Virus record (IMG/VR): IMGVR_UViG_3300035660_000002
Span: 32,001 to 96,000 of that record
Direction: 5' to 3' (one strand)
Length of the DNA: 64,000 nucleotides
Source of the DNA: a virus
The notes beneath the pieces are model-generated. The model had not been told where the DNA came from. It did not search any database and worked only from the letters and a program-made list of their open reading frames with translations. Below are positions 53,001 to 62,132 of this stretch, piece after piece; position 1 is the first letter of the stretch, and the number at the start of each line of letters is the position of its first letter. Position numbers and translations under genes: made by a program.

Positions 53001-55710
53001 ATGATGCACCCACATCTGCTCTATATACATATGCATTAGTTACTGCCACAGGGTTCCCAGTAGCATTAATGGTGCAACTAATCCCTTGTAACGCATTATA
53101 AGTCATGTTGTTCGTGAGAGCATTTGCTGTCACGTTCAGCCCAGTCACGAATCCAAACGTGGATAACACAGGAGCTGCTGCACCAGCAGATTGGGCGAAG
53201 ATGTACGCACCAGTTAACGTATTCGTGGTATTTCCAGCATACCCTGCACCTGTCATCGATTCACCAACATACAAACCACGAGCAGTTACACCAGGAACTG
53301 CATGTACGGTAAAAGTATCCTCAAGACGCACATAATCTATAAAGGTGGTTCCCATAACTCTTGCATTGTTAGAAGCTGAAAGCCGATAAGCTGATGCTGC
53401 GGTGGTGCCTATGGAGAGTTTCGTATCGTCCCATGTTAGATTAGCACTGGCTCCAAACACTCCAGAATCATTGAATATGACTTGACTATTCGCCCCAGGA
53501 GCTTCGATGGATGGGGAGTGAATCTCATCGACATAAATATTCGCCCACCTTAATGCAGGACTACCAAGATCGTATAAGTCATCTTGATCGGGTCCGACAG
53601 ACCCATCAACCTGAAGCTTGAATGAGGCTGGATCTGGTACACCGATACCGACATTAACCGCATCTGCCCCTGTACCGCCAAGAACCATCGAGTTGTTCGC
53701 ACTGACTACCGCATTAAGTCCTATAGCTGTGGCATAAGTTAACCCTGCGACACCAGTACCAGATCCTGTACCAATGAAGATGCTGTTATTCCCAGTGTGT
53801 CCTGCCCCCGCACTAGATCCGAGTGCGACGTTATTTACACCTATGACAAGATTCGGTAAGGACACAATTCCTATAGCAGTATTATTTGACCCAGTTGTGA
53901 CGGAACTCATCGTTGTATTCCCTACACCAATGTTATTAGAACCTGTGCTATCAGCAGCTAGCGTTCCTTTACCTACTGCAATGTTACTGTCACCTGAAGT
54001 TAGCCCAGCCAATGTAGACTCACCATAACCATAGTTATCCACACCCGATGTAGAGAAGTTGCCCGCTGTCTTCCCCCAGAACAGGTTCCTTCCAGGAGTT
54101 GAGCTAAAGTTGTGATAGACGGTAACTCCAGCCTGAAGTATCTGTCCTCCAACCCCTCCAGCCGTATCAGGAAAATTCCACTGATTGGCATAGGCATTCT
54201 GAAAGTACGCACCTACATTACCAAGATTCGCAACATCTGTAACAGCTGGTATAATCGATCCATTATTCGTCAATCCCACTGCTGGAAGCCAGTCCTCCAA
54301 CTCAGTGTGTTCTGCATTGGTGAAGTGATAATACTCAGCTGGAGCCCCACCCTGTAAACCGCCAAGTGCATTATGGCTAAATAACGATGCGAAGATTACC
54401 CAGTCCGTTCCGTTGTGGACATAGGCAGAGCCTAGATTATCAACATATGCTGCGAATCCTGCAGAGACAACAGTCACGTCCCAAGTTGCACCATTATATT
54501 GATAGATATTGTCTTTCACCCAACCAGTTCCAGCAACAGAACAGATGTAACGATCATCCAGAACGGGTCCTACAGGAAGTCCGGCTGATGCATCCCAGAA
54601 ATCGATAACCGATTCCTGCCACGAGAGTCCCGCTACGAAGTTGTCTACATACACCTTGTTCGTCACATCGAAATCTGTCCCAGGAGTAGCAGTTAATACT
54701 ATTCTGTTACCATTCATATCCAAAACACCACTGATACGGACTTTCTTATCGATACGGAGTTCGTTCGCACCCGTATCATAAAGAAGTGTAACTTCATCTC
54801 CAGAATCTCCAAGATGAATAGATGAACCCGTGACATAGATATTCGCCCATCTCACAGTGTCCGATCCAAGAGTATATGTATCACCTGCTCCAGGTATGAT
54901 ATCGTGCGTTGTCAACGTATCTGTCGTCTTATCCCATAATAGATTAGCTGCACCTGCCGTCACACCACCATCATTGAAGAGCACATTCGTATCTGCTCCA
55001 GGTGCTACTGCTCCAGAAGGTGCCCATGACATCACTCCGCCTGTAGTACAGGAAAGTGTGTACCCATCTACAGCTGGGTAATCTCCTGGAAGGAAATAAA
55101 TGAGCGTGGTAGCGAGTCCTGGTGATAAGAATCCCTGATAGTTACCGAATCCTCCTCCTAACTCTGCGACAATAAGTCCCCGACACCCTGCTATGCCTGA
55201 ATTTGTTACGAGGAATTTCGGGTCTCCACCGACGGTGAGAGTGAGCAAAGTATTAAACACTCCAGGAGCAGAGGTCTCTGTCACATTGAGAACAATGCCA
55301 CTGTAGTTCCCCGCTGCTTTATTAACATCGGCGTCTATCGTCAGGATATTCTCATCCCCTAAAGCTGCATTCATCGTTCTGTTGTAAAGGAAGTTGTCAT
55401 TACCCTCGATGGTTTGTGCCCCAGTAAAATACGCCATCTGCGTATCTGCGCCTGTACCAGTGATTGTTGTAGAGCCAGCACCGATAGGTTGCCAAAGTCC
55501 AGTAGCTTCATTGTACACGTACACAATATGTGTATCCAACACCACGCGAACTGAACCGTCTGACGTCAATGGCTCTAAGTCTGCCGCTGTATCTCTAGGC
55601 GCTTTCCATCGAGGAGACGCACCTCCGCCATCCGGCTGCGCTATCACATTTGGAATGTTCCATAGAAGCATTGATCCTATCAAAAAATAAGCGAGTATTT
55701 TTCTAGTCAT
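50050..55710 (-). CDS. Giant (1886 aa) signal-peptide-bearing fibre/adhesin-like protein
   Basis: MTRKILAYFLIGSMLLWNIPNVIA; repeated xTYxLGxxxxRWxNxY motifs; NxAxG beta-roll blocks; fibre-type C-terminal domain (WPATVLWSGGTAPTL...DII.FVYDG). Confidence 0.8.
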   Translation of the reverse strand: MTRKILAYFLIGSMLLWNIPNVIAQPDGGGASPRWKAPRDTAADLEPLTSDGSVRVVLDTHIVYVYNEATGLWQPIGAGSTTITGTGADTQMAYFTGAQTIEGNDNFLYNRTMNAALGDENILTIDADVNKAAGNYSGIVLNVTETSAPGVFNTLLTLTVGGDPKFLVTNSGIAGCRGLIVAELGGGFGNYQGFLSPGLATTLIYFLPGDYPAVDGYTLSCTTGGVMSWAPSGAVAPGADTNVLFNDGGVTAGAANLLWDKTTDTLTTHDIIPGAGDTYTLGSDTVRWANIYVTGSSIHLGDSGDEVTLLYDTGANELRIDKKVRISGVLDMNGNRIVLTATPGTDFDVTNKVYVDNFVAGLSWQESVIDFWDASAGLPVGPVLDDRYICSVAGTGWVKDNIYQYNGATWDVTVVSAGFAAYVDNLGSAYVHNGTDWVIFASLFSHNALGGLQGGAPAEYYHFTNAEHTELEDWLPAVGLTNNGSIIPAVTDVANLGNVGAYFQNAYANQWNFPDTAGGVGGQILQAGVTVYHNFSSTPGRNLFWGKTAGNFSTSGVDNYGYGESTLAGLTSGDSNIAVGKGTLAADSTGSNNIGVGNTTMSSVTTGSNNTAIGIVSLPNLVIGVNNVALGSSAGAGHTGNNSIFIGTGSGTGVAGLTYATAIGLNAVVSANNSMVLGGTGADAVNVGIGVPDPASFKLQVDGSVGPDQDDLYDLGSPALRWANIYVDEIHSPSIEAPGANSQVIFNDSGVFGASANLTWDDTKLSIGTTAASAYRLSASNNARVMGTTFIDYVRLEDTFTVHAVPGVTARGLYVGESMTGAGYAGNTTNTLTGAYIFAQSAGAAAPVLSTFGFVTGLNVTANALTNNMTYNALQGISCTINATGNPVAVTNAYVYRADVGASSVITTVGSLYGYYVDLASANMVVTNKYGLYIKGVSGAASNYSIYSEGGTNRFFGNIVLDKDATGSPELQLWNVSNRYAYMNYSDSDVLATYSGSNTSGVYAGLAIYGSGADTAQFGLLGTSTVAGLKTTITGVYVGAGLAIGDFTILGSYNNVSSQAVGLKSQSPTSGNGGNVFLTAANGTVAGNGGNVILTAGLGAGAGTAGDVRFYASGDTSDYISLKTVADVPQITTVGSCNLTLAPSSAIIDATASINPTTTATYDLGTDLLRWNNLYLSGASLHLGTSGTDGVFTYDVVNNEVDVAPSIHAGLNSRFGTDDNYWKVETATIVGETYPMIAPYSTSPTWGNVGVFKDYFVIVDVDPLLPPTLAFTDDGTNMGSISYVPSTRIMSFSADSSEFQNNLAVSSGNSDLDEELTLVNTPFLGATAPDGGVRIRIIGARAQGFLGHLDVDMGVIDTIMVDNTQLNNYSNMVFSTLYHDITSERFRITHSGISVTGISYFAGDAFPKTDNTYSLGSGSFRWSNSYVVNQQISNQLTIQPTSGNEAAYGSDLVTNGTFDTDSGWTKGTGWSIPGGAGANHAAGSSSSLSQTLAISTSTYYRISFDVTTTTPGTLTARLGGADSVTLGEENGTITGQIVVVGPTISTVDLQFSASAAWVGSIDNVTCREITLSAALMLLKDPTSITVNEFRANNAGRNNLLIGTNAGACNSLASNNLALGNTALFSLQTGPQNIAIGNATLTNLTVGQYNVAVGYSAMESAVSSSDNVAIGRYALRASKVANRNIAIGEVSLYSNTVGDDNVAIGYQAGYVLTTGDQNIMVGTQAGISTTTGSNNILIGYGIVASSATASNELNIGGAVKGDLSTGDVNLTRNLDVQGQYVSPKKTDTVAVSTWTTDWNEGNVHYVQLGNGAHSAPTFNNPKDGGRYMLILKQPAAGAAGTVTWPATVLWSGGTAPTLTLTNGKVDIIMFVYDGTNSKYYGGFSLAY

Positions 55711-55730
55711 GGCTTGTTCCTCCATTAGAA

Positions 55731-56177
55731 TTAGAGTTTGTAAATATTTACATAGATCGTCCCAATAATCACGCAGTGTATATCTATGGATTCTACCACC
55801 CGCGATACGTATTTTCTACCCCAGTTCTGCCCTTCTGTGATAAGAATTGGAGGCGTCACAGCTACTGACGAAGGGTACACCATAACCATAGGGCCGTTCA
55901 TCCTAATCTGAAATTCTCCAGATTCTACATAGAACGTGATGAAGTACCCCTTCGTATCGCTTGCGCCAACAGATATTGTAGAAAGATTGGCTCCTGCCTT
56001 AGCACTGTACTTTTGTGCCAGTATGACTGGGTTGAAGTTCGGCAGGTTGCTTATCCAAGATAGCCCTGCCGGTAACGTTCCCTCTATATAGCTGCTGACC
56101 TCGATAGTACTTCTTGCCGGGAATCTTATTGAGCCGACAGTGATATCGGCATTGGTTGAGTTTCTATAAGTTGGCAT
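55731..56177 (-). CDS. hypothetical (structural) protein
   Basis: AAGGAGG RBS. Confidence 0.6.
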   Translation of the reverse strand: MPTYRNSTNADITVGSIRFPARSTIEVSSYIEGTLPAGLSWISNLPNFNPVILAQKYSAKAGANLSTISVGASDTKGYFITFYVESGEFQIRMNGPMVMVYPSSVAVTPPILITEGQNWGRKYVSRVVESIDIHCVIIGTIYVNIYKL

Positions 56178-56191
56178 ATTCTGTTCCTCCT

Positions 56192-56473
56192 TTAGGTCTT
56201 GTTTTTCAATTCACCAGTAACCATCATCAAATAAAGTATATCTTGTTGAGCCTTTGCGGCTCTATCGGTAAGCGTTCCTATCTTTCCCTGCAAATACGCA
56301 ATTTTGTCTGTGCTCTCGTCTACTACCTTTTCTATCATATCAATTCCACTTTTGATCTTCGATATGCCTTTTTCTATTTCAGCAATATGCTTCTCGATCC
56401 TGTCTATTCTTTGATTGATACGCCGTACCATTTCCAGCTCGACCAGCATCAATACGATGAGTATGATCAACAT
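56192..56473 (-). CDS. Membrane-anchored coiled-coil protein
   Basis: N-terminal hydrophobic segment plus heptads. Confidence 0.55.
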   Translation of the reverse strand: MLIILIVLMLVELEMVRRINQRIDRIEKHIAEIEKGISKIKSGIDMIEKVVDESTDKIAYLQGKIGTLTDRAAKAQQDILYLMMVTGELKNKT

Positions 56474-56628
56474 TTTTTACACGTTCCCGATGCATCGACC
56501 ATGTCTCTCATCGGGCAGTCTGCTGTCGCTTTCAGAGTGAACTGGCCTCTTATAGCACATTTACCTCTCTTCTTACAGAAGTTCTGCCAGTCGCACACTG
56601 TTGTGTCTACTTTCGCTTCGCACGCCAT
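56467..56628 (-). CDS. Small Cys-rich protein (53 aa)
   Basis: GGAGGTG RBS, MACEAK...CKKC. Confidence 0.5.
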   Translation of the reverse strand: MACEAKVDTTVCDWQNFCKKRGKCAIRGQFTLKATADCPMRDMVDASGTCKKC

Positions 56629-56650
56629 ACGCACCTCCCTTGGTCATAGG

Positions 56651-57568
56651 CTATGCATTACTAATAGAATACTCTACTCTGTGTTCCTCGTTCATCACTA
56701 TGTCAAGAACATCGTTCAATACTCGTTTATCATGTTCTTTGCCTTCCCAGAACATTCCCACATGAAGCACATTCGGATCATGCCACATTCCAGACAGCTT
56801 CCTGCCCGGTGGCTTCGGAAACGGTGGATAGTACACAACAGTCGGGACATACAGCACGTTCGCTATTGCCATCAGGCCACTGCATGCGCCAAAGTAGCAC
56901 TGTGACTGCTGAATCAGCGCCAGCACTTCCACAAGCTCTGGGGTCTTGCCCACAAGGTTAATTGCCGGCAATCCTTGCTCTATCATTCCGTTGCATATAT
57001 CCGTGGTGTAGTCATCGTATGATCCTCCTATAAATATCGGCATCCATCCAGTCTTCTTCTGCACAAACTTCACGATGTCGATGGAATCTTCTATCTCATA
57101 GTACCCCCACTCTTTCTTTGTGCCGTAGGATGAGAAATTCACGATAAAGCAGTCGTTCTTAATGCATTTGTCCAGCACACCATTTATTCGATAGTGGAAG
57201 TCTACGTTCGGGATCTCGCTATGCATCCATGTTTCCAAACGAATCCCTGCCTCCAACAAGGAGTTGCACTCTATAAACTTCATCTCTGTATCGTTCAGCT
57301 CACTGTATGATTTGACATTCACTACATCAGCAAACCCATTTCTAGGAAACGCCTCAAGTATGTTTTTGTCGTTCCATCTGGTCGCATACCTCGGATCGGC
57401 TCTGAATCCCACAACCTTATCCTTAGGTAGTAGCTTCAGAAACGCCTGCATACGATCAGGGTTTCCTCCTGCATAGTTGATGTCGAACTGATCTCCTGTC
57501 GTTATGACCTTTGACCACAGCCATGAGAAATCACCAATCCCGGACGCAACCAATATCTTTTTTATCAT
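56651..57568 (-). CDS. GT9 (heptosyltransferase-like) glycosyltransferase
   Basis: SGIGD at the N-terminus; INLVGKT..LVEVLALIQQSQCYFGACSGLMAIANVLYVPTV. Confidence 0.8.
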   Translation of the reverse strand: MIKKILVASGIGDFSWLWSKVITTGDQFDINYAGGNPDRMQAFLKLLPKDKVVGFRADPRYATRWNDKNILEAFPRNGFADVVNVKSYSELNDTEMKFIECNSLLEAGIRLETWMHSEIPNVDFHYRINGVLDKCIKNDCFIVNFSSYGTKKEWGYYEIEDSIDIVKFVQKKTGWMPIFIGGSYDDYTTDICNGMIEQGLPAINLVGKTPELVEVLALIQQSQCYFGACSGLMAIANVLYVPTVVYYPPFPKPPGRKLSGMWHDPNVLHVGMFWEGKEHDKRVLNDVLDIVMNEEHRVEYSISNA

Positions 57569-58062
57569 ATGCTCACTTCCTTTTTTAGTATTGCCACGCA
57601 GTCCTGTCCCTTCCAAAATATATTAATCTCTTTAAGCTTCTTGGTTCTCTTCACAAACAGGAACCTCATTCCGTCCGGGTAGAACCTCCAGCAGTCCACC
57701 GGGAACTTATGCTCACACCAAGCACATGGCGCTATGATGCACATGATGCCCCCCAGCTTGAGTATACGTGTGGCTTCGTCTGCCCATGCATAAATGTCCT
57801 CTACATGTTCTAAGACTTGCCCGGACACTACTACATCGTACACTTCGTCAGCTATAGGATAGTGATACATATCCTTGGTGACGATATCCACATTCTTGCC
57901 TACAGATGTATCCAACCCCTCATATATCCATAGAGGTTTGTCAAACAGCTTTCGGTACGATCCTCCCATATCCATCGCACCTATGTCTAGTATCCTTAGG
58001 TACTTTTCTGGATTTAGAGTGGCTACAAATTCAGTCATTCGTTCAATGGACGTCTGATGCAT
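57565..58062 (-). CDS. Class I SAM-dependent methyltransferase (Methyltransf_11-like)
   Basis: ILDIGA, YDVVVSGQVLEHV, HKFPVDCWRF. Confidence 0.85.
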   Translation of the reverse strand: MHQTSIERMTEFVATLNPEKYLRILDIGAMDMGGSYRKLFDKPLWIYEGLDTSVGKNVDIVTKDMYHYPIADEVYDVVVSGQVLEHVEDIYAWADEATRILKLGGIMCIIAPCAWCEHKFPVDCWRFYPDGMRFLFVKRTKKLKEINIFWKGQDCVAILKKEVSI

Positions 58063-58615
58063 TCTTCCTCCTGAACACGGTGATACCCATCTTATAGGGC
58101 TTGCCGAATGAGGTGACCTCTGCTATCCTCTCCTCCAGTAATACAATCTCGGCTATGGCCTTCTTGACGTAAGCGTTACCGTATGTATCATGAAAAGCGA
58201 TAATGCCGCCGGGTCGTACAAACGGTGCATAGTTGTTATAATCTGCCTTCACATACTCGTAGAGGTGGTTACCATCGATGAACAGAAAATCAACCTGCCG
58301 TCCAGCAAGAGCTGTTCTAACTTGCTCGATAGTGCCCTTAGCTGTAGAGTCAGCTATTACCTTAATGAATGTCTGTGTTGGTTTATATACCTTACGGTCA
58401 CGTACCCTGTCCTCTATGTCTACACCTACTAGCAGAGCTGTCTCTTCAGCGAACTTAGACCATATGTTCATTGTCCCACCGCCAAACATTCCTATCTCCA
58501 AAATAGTGCTTATGTTAAGCTTAGACAATATCTCACACAGACCCGCTACCTCATCAGGATCCTGCGTGGGATGGTTCTCTTTCATTGCCGTCACTACAAT
58601 GTCTCGTATAATCAC
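58043..58615 (-). CDS. Class I SAM-dependent methyltransferase (Methyltransf_24-like)
   Basis: ILEIGMFGGGT, FLFIDGNHLYEYVKAD, GGIIAFHD. Confidence 0.85.
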   Translation of the reverse strand: MIIRDIVVTAMKENHPTQDPDEVAGLCEILSKLNISTILEIGMFGGGTMNIWSKFAEETALLVGVDIEDRVRDRKVYKPTQTFIKVIADSTAKGTIEQVRTALAGRQVDFLFIDGNHLYEYVKADYNNYAPFVRPGGIIAFHDTYGNAYVKKAIAEIVLLEERIAEVTSFGKPYKMGITVFRRKNASDVH

Positions 58616-58616
58616 T

Positions 58617-59603
58617 TCACACTCCTAAAGTTTCTACATCATTATGAATGAACCAGTCACCCTTCATCTTCTCGTACAGCTCTGCCCCCACCTTCCAATC
58701 TTTGATCTTATCGGCCATAGGCTTGTTTCGCAACGCACATTTGTCTATGGTAATGCCATTCTTACGCGCCTCGCTCATTGCCATGTATAATAATGGAGAG
58801 GTGACGGCCTTGGCATATCCCCAGCTTTTTACCCACGCTTCACTGTTTCCAAATGTTCCGTGCATAATTTTGTCGCGTGGGTTCTTTGACACAGCCAAGG
58901 AGCGTTGTACTGCATTGGCCGCTTTTCCTCCGTAGTGCATTATCGAGGGGCCGGGAGCCGTAAATATGTTGTACCGTGAGAACATCCAACATCGAAACGA
59001 TATGTCCTCATCCCACACCCACGTGTTCTGACTGAATCCACCCACCTCTTCCCACATCTTGCGGCGCATGATGAATCCCGATCCGTGAACATTGATGTAG
59101 AGATTTTCTGGTTTCTCCCACGATGGGTTGTCTTCAAAGTTGTCTACAAAACCTCCCTGCAATATCTCTTTCTTATCCTTGATCCTTCCCTGTCTGACAA
59201 GTGTAAGTGCCTCCCACCACGACACTCCAATTAGGCCGGCACTTGACACATCATACCTATTAATGATCCTATCTATCCAAGAAGCAGGAGCTCCCTTCTT
59301 AACTAATATATCATCACCGAGAAGTATTATCCAATCCTCTTTGCTGTTCATGACAGCATATTGAGCTGCGCCTTGACAACATCCCCAGATAGGAGTTCTG
59401 TAATATTCCACATCATACTTGACACATACGGCTTTGTACTGGGCACTAACCTCGTCGGCTTTCATTGGATCCAGGCACTTGTCTTCAAACAACCTGACAG
59501 GCACGTTCTCGGGTACCCCTGCTTTACGAAGTGAACCCAACATGTATTCCATAAACTCCGGAATACCGTAGGTGATCACATTGATAGATATTGACGGCTT
59601 CAT
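58617..59603 (-). CDS. GT2-family glycosyltransferase
   Basis: ISINVITY, ILLGDD, GSGFIMRRKMWEEVGGF...EDISF. Confidence 0.8.
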   Translation of the reverse strand: MKPSISINVITYGIPEFMEYMLGSLRKAGVPENVPVRLFEDKCLDPMKADEVSAQYKAVCVKYDVEYYRTPIWGCCQGAAQYAVMNSKEDWIILLGDDILVKKGAPASWIDRIINRYDVSSAGLIGVSWWEALTLVRQGRIKDKKEILQGGFVDNFEDNPSWEKPENLYINVHGSGFIMRRKMWEEVGGFSQNTWVWDEDISFRCWMFSRYNIFTAPGPSIMHYGGKAANAVQRSLAVSKNPRDKIMHGTFGNSEAWVKSWGYAKAVTSPLLYMAMSEARKNGITIDKCALRNKPMADKIKDWKVGAELYEKMKGDWFIHNDVETLGV

Positions 59604-60646
59604 TTCAATACCTCAATTTGAGGTGCCAGCCACTGTCGCCAATGATTGTATGTAAGATTTCTCCATGTAAGTAGCGACTGTGATGTGCCGGACGGCTCAA
59701 GGCTGCGGTACCAATCCATCACAAACGTGGGCTCCCAATCACAGAAGGAAATGTCCAGCTTTGCTATAAATGGGATCTCGTCCGCAAGGTACTGTCGGCA
59801 GTCCGTTCCCAACAGCAAACTTGGCATGCCTGATCCTGCACACGGAAGTGCACCATGATTTCGCACTCCTATATAAACATCCTTGTCCTTATGGAAGTTG
59901 ACATACGACTCCGGGGTCCTGAATCTATGCAATTCATCCTTAGGAAACAGCTCTTTGAACTTCTTATAAAATGGTGAATTGTCGTCCCTCCAACGATGGT
60001 AAGCTATAGATACTTCAGCGCCTGCTGTTCTCAACTCGTTGACTGTCCACACAGTCTTATTGTAGTACTCTTTGAAAGTTTCGTCGGAAGCGTGACTCAC
60101 TTCTTCGACATCCGCTATAGCAAAAACCACTTTTTTCTTACTGGTCACTCTTTTTTGTGGAAACATGTAGAATGCGGGACATGGCAGTACGATCGCTTTC
60201 CCTGGTGCGATCCCCGCTCTCTGATGCACCCAATAATAGCAAAGTCTGTCTCGGCATACAACGGTGTCTACGAGACGAGCGTTCTTCAATCCGACCAAAG
60301 CTTCCCTGCCGTACCAGAAATCTCCTTCGTATGGGACAGCAAGCCCTATGCCAAGAAACGCTACTTTCTTCTTATGTTTTATGCACATCTTCCATGCCAC
60401 TCTGTGAACCTCATTGACCCACGAAGGAGTGCCAGGTGTGATTATATATCTGGCCGTTCTGATGAGCTCCTCCAACTTCGCAGGGTCGTTCTTTGTTTGA
60501 TCGTGATTGACTAAGTAATATGCAGAGTGGTGTATGTCGAACTTCGCCAGTTCCGGCAGAAGCATCCTCAGCCCCTGATGAATTACCGCATCACCGGCTT
60601 CCCATTCCCACGCGCACGATATAAAAACTACATGCTCTTTGGCCAT
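59600..60646 (-). CDS. Polysaccharide pyruvyl-transferase-like protein
   Basis: AGDAVI..G, FLGIG, VVCRD, LPCPAF, GVRNHG. Confidence 0.75.
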   Translation of the reverse strand: MAKEHVVFISCAWEWEAGDAVIHQGLRMLLPELAKFDIHHSAYYLVNHDQTKNDPAKLEELIRTARYIITPGTPSWVNEVHRVAWKMCIKHKKKVAFLGIGLAVPYEGDFWYGREALVGLKNARLVDTVVCRDRLCYYWVHQRAGIAPGKAIVLPCPAFYMFPQKRVTSKKKVVFAIADVEEVSHASDETFKEYYNKTVWTVNELRTAGAEVSIAYHRWRDDNSPFYKKFKELFPKDELHRFRTPESYVNFHKDKDVYIGVRNHGALPCAGSGMPSLLLGTDCRQYLADEIPFIAKLDISFCDWEPTFVMDWYRSLEPSGTSQSLLTWRNLTYNHWRQWLAPQIEVLK

Positions 60647-60647
60647 A

Positions 60648-61376
60648 TTACCACATCACCTTTCCTATGGATCCGTACCCTTGAATGTTGAGATCGAGCA
60701 CACCTTTCGCGTCCGGGCCCACACTCCACATAGCAGTAGATGTCCTAAGAATTTTTGCCAGCGTAGTCAGTCCCGACTTTTCGCATCCTACGAACAGTTT
60801 TGCCTGCTGCACTATGCTGATCAGACTGAGCAAACTGGATGTCTTGCCTATCATGTTTATGGCGTTCTTGTCTCGGGAAAATGCATCAAAACATCTCTTG
60901 GAAACCGCATCATCCTCATTTCCCACAAACACAGGCATCCATCCTGTCAATGCTGCGACTATGGTAATCATCTTGACCCATGTGTTGCTATCCAAGCTAT
61001 CTGTGGACGCTTCTGGAATGTGCACGATAAATATCGGCTGCCTTGTATAATGATTCAGCACATCCGCCACAACGTATCTCTTATCATTCATGGAAGCCTG
61101 AGATCTCTTCTCCGGCACATCTCCTGTGCCGGGCTGTGTCTCTACAAAATACCTTCCGTTTCTGCTCTTGTCGTAACAGCACACAACCTTAAAAGATGAC
61201 CGGACGAAAACCTCGAGACTGTCTGCCTCAAAATCGCACGGTGTGTCATATTCATTTACAATCTGTGCCCCCGCCACGAGAGACAACAAATCCTGCACAT
61301 TCAACGGACGTCCATCAGACCATAGCGATCCGAAGTCCTCCCCCACCTCCATTGGGATGCTAAGCTCTTTCAACAT
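60648..61376 (-). CDS. Second GT9-like protein (divergent)
   Basis: INMIGKTSSLLSLISIVQQAKLFVG..SGLTTLA. Confidence 0.65.
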   Translation of the reverse strand: MLKELSIPMEVGEDFGSLWSDGRPLNVQDLLSLVAGAQIVNEYDTPCDFEADSLEVFVRSSFKVVCCYDKSRNGRYFVETQPGTGDVPEKRSQASMNDKRYVVADVLNHYTRQPIFIVHIPEASTDSLDSNTWVKMITIVAALTGWMPVFVGNEDDAVSKRCFDAFSRDKNAINMIGKTSSLLSLISIVQQAKLFVGCEKSGLTTLAKILRTSTAMWSVGPDAKGVLDLNIQGYGSIGKVMW

Positions 61377-61397
61377 GATTTTTGGTACCCTCCCGTT

Positions 61398-62117
61398 TTA
61401 TACCAATGAATCCACCACATCAATCAATATATCTACTGTCTTATATATTCTGCTGGACGCGTTCGGTTGAAACTCTACTTCCACATACAGACTCTGCGCT
61501 ATGGATAAATCTCCGTAGTGTCCACTTGCGGTCCTGGCCGCTGTCGCAAACAGATCTCCCACAACCGTCTGCGTGGTGTTCGTACCATTTGCTATCGTAA
61601 CATTCGAGCTGTCCCCTGTGGTCGGTGATGTTATCTTCAAAAACCCTGTAGTAGCTGCCTTTGACGCGACAACGCTGCCCACAGCTGTGTTGATGGCCGT
61701 GACCACAGTATCTATGGATACAGCCGCCGAGATGTTGATGTCATCGTATACGATGTCGTCTATGGTCACCTTGATCTTGTCGCCTGCTATTCCTGTGAAT
61801 GTCGCAACATCGCCTGTGATTATACCTGCCGTATCCGTTGAATTCAATACTGTCTTGATAAGACCTGTGGCTGCGCTCGCAAGATCAATGTCAGTCGAAG
61901 CCTTATCCTTGCTGAATACATAAGTGGTAAGTTCCTTCAGCTTCTTCGCCCTGAGATTGAACTGCACTGGACTGGCAAGATTCCAAGGATAAATGTGAAA
62001 TATGTCCTTATAAAACTGCAGAGACAACTGGACATTGTCACCCTTCTTAATCTTCATGTACTGTAACTCTTGAGAGTCGAGCGACCCATCCTCAGGGACG
62101 ATTAGTATTAGACTCAT
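61398..62117 (-). CDS. Putative virion/baseplate-associated protein
   Basis: Beta-rich; VVASKAATTGFLKITSPTTG segment. Confidence 0.5.
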   Translation of the reverse strand: MSLILIVPEDGSLDSQELQYMKIKKGDNVQLSLQFYKDIFHIYPWNLASPVQFNLRAKKLKELTTYVFSKDKASTDIDLASAATGLIKTVLNSTDTAGIITGDVATFTGIAGDKIKVTIDDIVYDDINISAAVSIDTVVTAINTAVGSVVASKAATTGFLKITSPTTGDSSNVTIANGTNTTQTVVGDLFATAARTASGHYGDLSIAQSLYVEVEFQPNASSRIYKTVDILIDVVDSLV

Positions 62118-62132
62118 GGTTCCTCCTTAACT

